NCBI GenBank assembly: GCA_910580185.1
Contig: CAJTWC010000001.1
Coordinates: 99,532 to 163,531, forward strand
Direction of reading: 5' to 3'
Source of the DNA: an uncultured Bacilli bacterium
GTDB lineage: Bacteria > Bacillota_I > Bacilli_A > RF39 > UBA660
DNA length: 64,000 nucleotides
Shown: positions 58,166 through 64,000 of the stretch, piece by piece
Numbering within the stretch: position 1 is the stretch's first letter
Layout of the letters: every line of letters starts with the position of its first letter
Made by a program: the position numbers and the translations under genes
The notes under the pieces: generated by a model
What the model saw: the letters and a program-made list of their open reading frames with translations, nothing else
Told to the model about the DNA's origin: nothing
The model's database searches: none

Positions 58166-58255
58166 TTATATACTAAAAATAATAACTAGTACTATCATAA
58201 GTATTAGAATGATAATTAATTTTGGACTAAATTTTATTTCAAATCTAAACCTCAT
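58166..58255 (-). CDS. Unannotated 29-aa hydrophobic peptide, module B
   Basis: MRFRFEIKFSPKLIIILILMIVLVIIFSI, one substitution relative to copy A. SD AGAAGGGTGGTG. Confidence 0.55.
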   Translation of the reverse strand: MRFRFEIKFSPKLIIILILMIVLVIIFSI

Positions 58256-58376
58256 AAATATCACCACCCTTCTATTTTTCATAAAAAGATGGAAAACAAA
58301 GCTAGTTTCTACTGCTTCCTAATTAATTGTTAGTCATAAATTTTAAAATTCCCCTATTTTTTTAATAAAAAAAAGA

Positions 58377-59312
58377 TTATTTAAACATTTTTCCTAAATA
58401 ATCTTCTTTTTTATTTCCATTTATAAAATCTTTTATATTCATTTTCTTTTTACCTGGAACTTGCAGTTCAGTAATAATTATACTACCATCTTTAGTTACT
58501 ACTTCCATGCCATTTTTATCTAAATTAACTATTGTTCCAGATTTTTCATTATATTTTTTATTACCTATTTTTGATAACCATAATTTAATGTTTTTATCTT
58601 CTAGTGTAGCATATGCTCCCGGCCAAGAATTAAGTCCTCTTATCTGATTGTATATTTCTTTTGAAGTCTTATTAAAATCCACGTGTTCTTCTTGTCTTGA
58701 AACATTATAAGCATAAGTTGCTTCATCTTCATTTTGTTTTTCTCTTTTATTAGTACCATTAATTATACTAGGCAATGTATCCATTAAAAGTGGAACTGCT
58801 ACTTTACTTAATTTATCGTGAAGTATTTCTACTGTATCAGTACCTTCTATTTTAATTTCTACTTTTGAAATTATATCTCCAGTATCCATTCCTTTATCCA
58901 TATACATAATAGTTATTCCTGTTTTATCATATCCATATATAATAGATTTATGAATAGGCGCACCTCCCCTTAATTTTGGAAGAAGTGAAGCATGAACATT
59001 AATACATCCAAAACGTGGTGCATTAAGAATTTCTTCTGGAACAATTTGTCCATATGCACAAGTTATTATGATATCTGGTCTTAAACTAATTATTTCTTCA
59101 TAATCTTCTTTTATTTTTATTGGTTGAAATACTTTTATATTATGTTCTAAAGCTAGCTTCTTTATTGGAGAATAAACTACCTCTTTTTTTCTTCCGACTT
59201 CTTTATCAGGTTGTGTTACAACCAAAAGTACGTTACACGTTTTTATTAACTCATCTAATATTGGAACACAAAACTCTGGTGTACCCATAAATATTACCTT
59301 TAAATCCTTCAT
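58377..59312 (-). CDS. fmt: Methionyl-tRNA formyltransferase
   Basis: FMGTPEF N-terminus and the HASLLPKLRGGAPI motif. Confidence 0.95.
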   Translation of the reverse strand: MKDLKVIFMGTPEFCVPILDELIKTCNVLLVVTQPDKEVGRKKEVVYSPIKKLALEHNIKVFQPIKIKEDYEEIISLRPDIIITCAYGQIVPEEILNAPRFGCINVHASLLPKLRGGAPIHKSIIYGYDKTGITIMYMDKGMDTGDIISKVEIKIEGTDTVEILHDKLSKVAVPLLMDTLPSIINGTNKREKQNEDEATYAYNVSRQEEHVDFNKTSKEIYNQIRGLNSWPGAYATLEDKNIKLWLSKIGNKKYNEKSGTIVNLDKNGMEVVTKDGSIIITELQVPGKKKMNIKDFINGNKKEDYLGKMFK

Positions 59313-59347
59313 AAACCATCCTTCTTTCTAGAAAAAGAAACTTCTCT

Positions 59348-60391
59348 TTAGAAAAGTTTCAAAATATCTTTTATTGTTATAAATATCATAAGTGCAAAAA
59401 GTAGCATTAATCCTATGTTATTTACTATTGCATCTACTTTAGGATTTACTTTTTTATCTGTTATTTTTTCAAATAATATTACAACCGCACGATATCCATC
59501 GAATGCTGGAAATGGTAATAAATTAATAAATCCAACGTTTATTGATAAATATGCTAATAAGTATAATAGTCCAGATAATCCTGCTTTACTTTGAGCTCCT
59601 ACTATTGTATATATTCCAACAGGACCAGATAATGCACCTACTCCTATTTTACCAGTAACTAAAGCTTTAATGGTAACTATCATGGAATTAAAAGTAGAGC
59701 CAAACTTACTAGTAGCGTATTTAAATGCATTTCCTATACCATGATACTTAGTACTATCTAATCCCATACCATATGAATAAGAAACATTGCCATCTTTGTC
59801 TTTTATTTTCTTTGGCGTTACTTTTATGTTTTTTTCTTTACCATCATTAGTTTCAATAGTAATATTTTGAGCATTACTATTATCTGCTAATGTAAGTGTT
59901 AAAGTAACATCATCCCAAGTTCTTGTTTTCTTACCATTTATCTTTAATATTTTATCACCTGTTTTAAGTCCCGCTTTTTCACAAGCAGAATCTTTGGCAA
60001 CCTCTCCTATTATTGGTTTAGTTGTATAAGAGCCATAACATAAAGCCATGATAAATAAAACTACAAAACCTAGTATAAAGTTATTGATAACACCTGCCAA
60101 TACAATGATTAACTTTTTATACCAAGGTTTATTATACATCTTTTTATCCTTTGGAACATTTGTGTCATCATCAACTTCTTCTCCAGCCATAGCAACATAT
60201 CCACCAATTGGAATTAATCTTAAACAATATAAAGTTTCATCATTTTTTCTTTTAAATGAAAACAATTTAGGCCCAAAACCTAGTGAAAATTCATAGCAAT
60301 AAACTCCTGATTTCTTTGCCCAGAAAAAATGTCCTAGTTCATGAATAAAGACAATTATTCCTAGCATTAATATAAAATATATTAAAGTCAT
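59348..60391 (-). CDS. rseP: Site-2 (M50) intramembrane zinc metalloprotease with a PDZ domain
   Basis: HELGHF in TM1, a central PDZ domain and a C-terminal LDG-type motif (AFDGY). Confidence 0.9.
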   Translation of the reverse strand: MTLIYFILMLGIIVFIHELGHFFWAKKSGVYCYEFSLGFGPKLFSFKRKNDETLYCLRLIPIGGYVAMAGEEVDDDTNVPKDKKMYNKPWYKKLIIVLAGVINNFILGFVVLFIMALCYGSYTTKPIIGEVAKDSACEKAGLKTGDKILKINGKKTRTWDDVTLTLTLADNSNAQNITIETNDGKEKNIKVTPKKIKDKDGNVSYSYGMGLDSTKYHGIGNAFKYATSKFGSTFNSMIVTIKALVTGKIGVGALSGPVGIYTIVGAQSKAGLSGLLYLLAYLSINVGFINLLPFPAFDGYRAVVILFEKITDKKVNPKVDAIVNNIGLMLLFALMIFITIKDILKLF

Positions 60392-60400
60392 TTATTCCTC

Positions 60401-61174
60401 CTAAATAATACCTGATAATAAAATATATCCAATAATAACGAAAATAATACTATCTAATCTATCTAATACGCCACCATGCCCTGGCATTATATTAGAAAAG
60501 TCTTTTATATCATGATTTCTTTTTACTGCCGAGAAAAATAAGTCTCCTAATTGTCCTAAACATGATAAGAATAATGTGATTATAAGTAAACCAAGCACAT
60601 TAACATTTGAATCAATTGCTATATAATAGAACGTTGATGCACATAAAGTACCAAATATACCACCAACTATAGCCCCTTCCCAAGTTTTATTAGGAGAAAT
60701 TTTAGGAGCAAACTTATGCTTACCAACTAAAGTACCTGCTAAATGAGCATAAGTATCCGTTAACATTGTAATTAAGAATAAATATATAAATAACATTAAA
60801 CTTTTTTCTCTAATTACCGTAAACCCATAAAAAATAGTTCCAACTAGCATAGTCATACCAATAAGTTTAAAGGCCTCATCAGCATTATACTTTTTATTAT
60901 CATTACAATATATAACCGCAAGAAGTGGTACTAACATTGTTAAAAAATAATATATTTCTCTTTTTTCATTCATAAAAACAAGTAATATTGTAAGTGCATA
61001 AATAATTACATCAATATAAATTGGCCTTTTATTTTTATGAGGTAAATCTAAAAACTCCTTAATTCCTAACACCGCTAAAACACACGCTGCTATTTTAAGC
61101 CATATACCACCAACTATTATTAGTGGAATAAATATAGCTAAAGCAACTACCGCACTAATTAATCTTTTTTTCAT
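60401..61174 (-). CDS. cdsA: Phosphatidate cytidylyltransferase
   Basis: Polytopic membrane protein with the C-terminal signature SAVKRNHDIKDFSNIMPGHGGVLDRLDS. Confidence 0.9.
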   Translation of the reverse strand: MKKRLISAVVALAIFIPLIIVGGIWLKIAACVLAVLGIKEFLDLPHKNKRPIYIDVIIYALTILLVFMNEKREIYYFLTMLVPLLAVIYCNDNKKYNADEAFKLIGMTMLVGTIFYGFTVIREKSLMLFIYLFLITMLTDTYAHLAGTLVGKHKFAPKISPNKTWEGAIVGGIFGTLCASTFYYIAIDSNVNVLGLLIITLFLSCLGQLGDLFFSAVKRNHDIKDFSNIMPGHGGVLDRLDSIIFVIIGYILLSGII

Positions 61175-61285
61175 ATTTTCACATCCTTACTTTTTTATTA
61201 TAATACAATTAAAGATTTTTAACAATTAAATTGCGTTTTCAAGTATAATATTTACATTATTTTGTTATTATTGTATAATCTAATT

Positions 61286-61373
61286 AGTGAGAGCACCTAA
61301 CTTAAGGTTAGTAGCTTTCCTTAATGTTTGTTAAGGAAAAAGCGTACACCCCCCTGGGTAAGTACGCTTTTTC
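61286..61373 (+). ncRNA. Predicted ~90-nt small RNA, module C (divergent family member)
   Basis: Promoter TTTACA-17-TATAAT (61251-61279). 5' hairpin CCUAAC-UUAA-GGUUAG, second hairpin UUCCUUAA..UUAAGGAA, terminator GCGUAC-14 nt-GUACGC plus U5. Confidence 0.5.
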
Positions 61374-61375
61374 TT

Positions 61376-61456
61376 TTATATCTTAAATACTAGCATGGCT
61401 ATTATTATAAGTAAAAGAAGTATTATTACTCTAAGAAAACGTCTTTCTTCTTTCAT
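61376..61456 (-). CDS. Unannotated 26-aa hydrophobic peptide, module C
   Basis: MKEERRFLRVIILLLLIIIAMLVFKI. SD AGAGGGGTGGTG lies 6 nt upstream. Its own -10 TATAAT is at 61526-61531 (minus strand). Confidence 0.5.
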   Translation of the reverse strand: MKEERRFLRVIILLLLIIIAMLVFKI

Positions 61457-61591
61457 AATATCACCACCCCTCTATATTCATATTAGGATGGAAAGCATAA
61501 CTAACCCATTATTAGGTGTCCTCATATTATACTTCGCCATTATTTTATAAAATCCCCTAAAAAAATAAAAAAATTAGAATTTCTTCTAATT

Positions 61592-61840
61592 TTAGTATGA
61601 GTCAATATTAATATTTACTCTTTTATTATCATTCATATATGAGCTTGCTTGAACTATAGTTCTAAGCGCTTTTGCAAGCTTACCTTGTTTTCCAATTACT
61701 CTTCCCATTTCGCTTTCTGGAACCATTACTTGTATAGTAACTGTGTTTTCTTCCTCACTTGGGAATTCCTTAACGGTAATGCTATCAGCATCACAAACAA
61801 GTTCTTTTACTATTGTTTCTGTTAGTTTAATTAATTCCAT
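61592..61840 (-). CDS. khpA: KH-domain RNA-binding protein (YlqC/KhpA-like)
   Basis: 82 aa, GRVIGKQGKLAKALR KH motif, directly downstream of rpsP as in other Firmicutes. Confidence 0.8.
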   Translation of the reverse strand: MELIKLTETIVKELVCDADSITVKEFPSEEENTVTIQVMVPESEMGRVIGKQGKLAKALRTIVQASSYMNDNKRVNINIDSY

Positions 61841-61842
61841 AA

Positions 61843-62115
61843 TTATTTACCTTGTTTTTCATTAGCAAATTTAGTCATAATTCCAGCTTTAGAAAAAATA
61901 TTTCTAACTGTATCAGTTGGAGTTGCACCATTTCTTAACCATTTCATTGCTAATTCTTCATCAATCTTAGTTTCAGCTGGATTTACTAATGGATTGTAAG
62001 TTCCTACTGTTTCAATGAATCTACCATCTCTTGGGCTTCTTGAATCAGCTGCTACGATACGGTAGAAAGGTCTTTTTTTAGCTCCCATTCTTTTTAATCT
62101 TAATTTAACTGCCAT
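61843..62115 (-). CDS. rpsP: Ribosomal protein S16
   Basis: Start at [21 protein letters not shown] behind the RBS GAAGGAGG. The track ORF starts 19 codons upstream. Confidence 0.95.
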   Translation of the reverse strand: MAVKLRLKRMGAKKRPFYRIVAADSRSPRDGRFIETVGTYNPLVNPAETKIDEELAMKWLRNGATPTDTVRNIFSKAGIMTKFANEKQGK

Positions 62116-62215
62116 ATATGTAATTCCTCCTTCATATAAATCAATTTTAACACACGAAAAAGCTATTGTCAACTTTTTTTGTTAACACTTTAAAATAAAA
62201 TATTTAAAAAGGATT

Positions 62216-62734
62216 CTATATAAAATCCTCTTTTACTTCTTCATCAATTTTTTTATTAATTGCCTCTTCATCATCATCCAGTGTTTCCCATGGTTCTTCG
62301 TCATCTTCAACCATAATTTTAACTTTTGTATCATTTACTATTTCTATTCCTAGCTCTTTTTCTATATCAAACTCTATTACATCATCCTTTATTTGTACGT
62401 TACTACAAGACGGTTGTTTTAAAGATCTTACTATTATGTCACTACCTAAAACAGATGTTCCCATTTTAGTTTTAACATTAACGGTTTCAGAATACGCTAT
62501 ATTTTTGCTAGCAACCGCTGTTTTTTTATCATCATCATAGGAATACCATATGTTTATGTCATAGTTTCCGTCAATGACAACTTTATCACCTACTACAGAA
62601 CCTTTAAAGTTATGATTTATAACCCAGCATCCTAAAATGGTATTAGCATTATGTTCTGCTAGTAAGTTATAATTATTTTTAAAATATTTTTTTCCTTTAC
62701 CTATTACTGCTTTTGTAACTATTTCTTTAAACAT
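62216..62734 (-). CDS. cotE: Spore coat morphogenetic protein CotE
   Basis: EIVTKAVIGKGKKYF, ILGCWVINHNFKG, YDINIWYSYDDDKKT and an acidic C-terminal tail parallel B. subtilis CotE as I remember it. Confidence 0.75.
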   Translation of the reverse strand: MFKEIVTKAVIGKGKKYFKNNYNLLAEHNANTILGCWVINHNFKGSVVGDKVVIDGNYDINIWYSYDDDKKTAVASKNIAYSETVNVKTKMGTSVLGSDIIVRSLKQPSCSNVQIKDDVIEFDIEKELGIEIVNDTKVKIMVEDDEEPWETLDDDEEAINKKIDEEVKEDFI

Positions 62735-62771
62735 TAGAATCTCCTCCTCGTTTTAATCTATGCTAAAGAAC

Positions 62772-62797
62772 CAAAAAAAGTGCTAAAAATAGCACTT
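62772..62797 (-). terminator. Intrinsic terminator after the 62799-64000 gene
   Basis: AGTGCT-6 nt-AGCACT hairpin followed by U7 on the minus strand. Confidence 0.65.
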
Positions 62798-62798
62798 T

Positions 62799-64000
62799 TT
62801 AATTAGAAATTTGATCATATATTACTGAACTATATGGATATAGTACAATCCATAACTTATTTTTTGAATGGTCAATTATTCTTAATGAGTCATAAACATT
62901 AGTCATATCAGAGTTAACAGAACCTTCATACTTTTCAACCTCATTCGTTTCAGTATTTTTCAAATAATAACCATCACTATAACTTACTTCATAATCAGTA
63001 ATATTATTTTCTTCAACAAAAAGTTTTATTACTTCATTTTTATAATCAGCTGCTTGACCAACATAATCATTTACATTAATTTCTACTTCATACATACCAG
63101 TATCATTATTTTTTATTTCATAGTTTAAATATTTATATAAATGAATAGTATAAGTAGTTAATTTACCATCTACGCTTCCTTTTTTTGGATAAAGAGAAAC
63201 TACATAATGGTATTCATATATTCCATCTTCATTTGGTTCATATTTGCATTCATATTTTCCATCTACTTGCTCACATAAAGTACCTGGTTGTAAGTTCATA
63301 CTTACATAATAATCAGAAAAATCACTTACGCCAACTTTTTGAGCCAATTTTTCAATTGCAGCATTTTTAAATTCTTTCGTTGTATTATAGTCATCAAATG
63401 ATATATTAGGATAAAAACTATATAATGTATTTTGAATCATATTTCCGTTTTCATCTTTAATATTAGATGTATTAACAATTATTGGATCTTCTTCTTTTTC
63501 ATCAATTGTAATTAACCAAAAATTATTGGTATCTTCATCAATGATGCTTACAGTATATATAACCATATTATTACCATCTTTATCTTTTGTTACATATGAA
63601 TAATATTTATGATCACCATTCATATTGATAAGATAGTTCTTTATATTAGTTTCTTTTTCAAACGCTTCTATTGCAGCATCTATTTTTTCATCAATGTTTG
63701 CATATTCGCCTTCAATGTTTGTTGCATCATAATTGATGCAAGAATAGTACTTAACATCAAAACTATTTTCAACAACTACATCATCACTAATAAGTATGAA
63801 TGAATGTCCACCTTCATTTTTAATACTTATTTTATCAGTAACTTCTAATGGTGTACTTGCATCTCCATCACCACCACCTATATATAATCCATAAAGATTA
63901 TTATTAAATATGATTTTTTCTACCTCTTTTTGATCAAATAAGGCGGTATTATAATTACCACTTACAAATGATTTGGTAGCACTAGCTAAATACTCTTCGA
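62799..64000 (-). CDS. Hypothetical protein, 5'-truncated by the window edge
   Basis: The track reports 62799-63623 from an internal Met. My translation shows the same frame staying open from 63624 to base 64000 (...GGGDGDASTPLEVTDKISIKNEGGHSFILISDD...). Confidence 0.6.
   Translation of the reverse strand, partial: EEYLASATKSFVSGNYNTALFDQKEVEKIIFNNNLYGLYIGGGDGDASTPLEVTDKISIKNEGGHSFILISDDVVVENSFDVKYYSCINYDATNIEGEYANIDEKIDAAIEAFEKETNIKNYLINMNGDHKYYSYVTKDKDGNNMVIYTVSIIDEDTNNFWLITIDEKEEDPIIVNTSNIKDENGNMIQNTLYSFYPNISFDDYNTTKEFKNAAIEKLAQKVGVSDFSDYYVSMNLQPGTLCEQVDGKYECKYEPNEDGIYEYHYVVSLYPKKGSVDGKLTTYTIHLYKYLNYEIKNNDTGMYEVEINVNDYVGQAADYKNEVIKLFVEENNITDYEVSYSDGYYLKNTETNEVEKYEGSVNSDMTNVYDSLRIIDHSKNKLWIVLYPYSSVIYDQISN

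Larger units (their letters stand above)
58048..58352. repeat. ~300-bp direct repeat, copy B (sRNA/peptide module)
   Basis: Pairs with 56605-56904. Confidence 0.9.

Overview
Very AT-rich chromosomal segment that reads under the standard bacterial code (TAA, TAG and TGA all terminate long ORFs). It most likely comes from a low-GC, spore-forming Firmicute: it has CotE, a PASTA Ser/Thr kinase, gatCAB, a T-box leader and a CIRCE operator. Almost every gene is on the minus strand; only uppP, a NifU-like gene and a small DUF1540 gene are on the plus strand. Core content: alr, a T-box-led gene string running pepS-like/aspS ... gatCAB, ten tRNA genes in three groups, rny, htpG, holA, infC-rpmI-rplT, rpe-rsgA-prkC-prpC-rlmN, fmt-rseP-cdsA and rpsP-khpA-cotE. 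I saw no rRNA, CRISPR array, transposase or integrase. The signal I rate highest is not in the ORF track. Three copies of a compact module each pair a strongly promoted small RNA on the plus strand with an unannotated 26-29 aa hydrophobic peptide gene on the minus strand. The two converge on one bidirectional terminator, and the peptide mRNA can fold to hide its Shine-Dalgarno. This is type I toxin-antitoxin-like. Two near-identical copies bracket an orphan 346-aa ORF exactly where rsmB normally sits between fmt and rlmN. Other points worth a second look: (1) a ~500-nt ORF-free, promoter-to-terminator leader upstream of a small membrane protein; (2) nine accessory genes, including an MccF-like S66 peptidase, inserted between aspS and gatCAB; (3) a dockerin-bearing papain-like protease next to a cohesin-like membrane anchor; (4) a G8 tract inside a promoter spacer; (5) ribosomal protein L20 fused to a Rho_N/SAP-like domain; (6) a small ORF split by an in-frame TAG; (7) a switch-like leader upstream of a CDF metal exporter. 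All family assignments come from motif recognition by eye. No database search or folding program was run.
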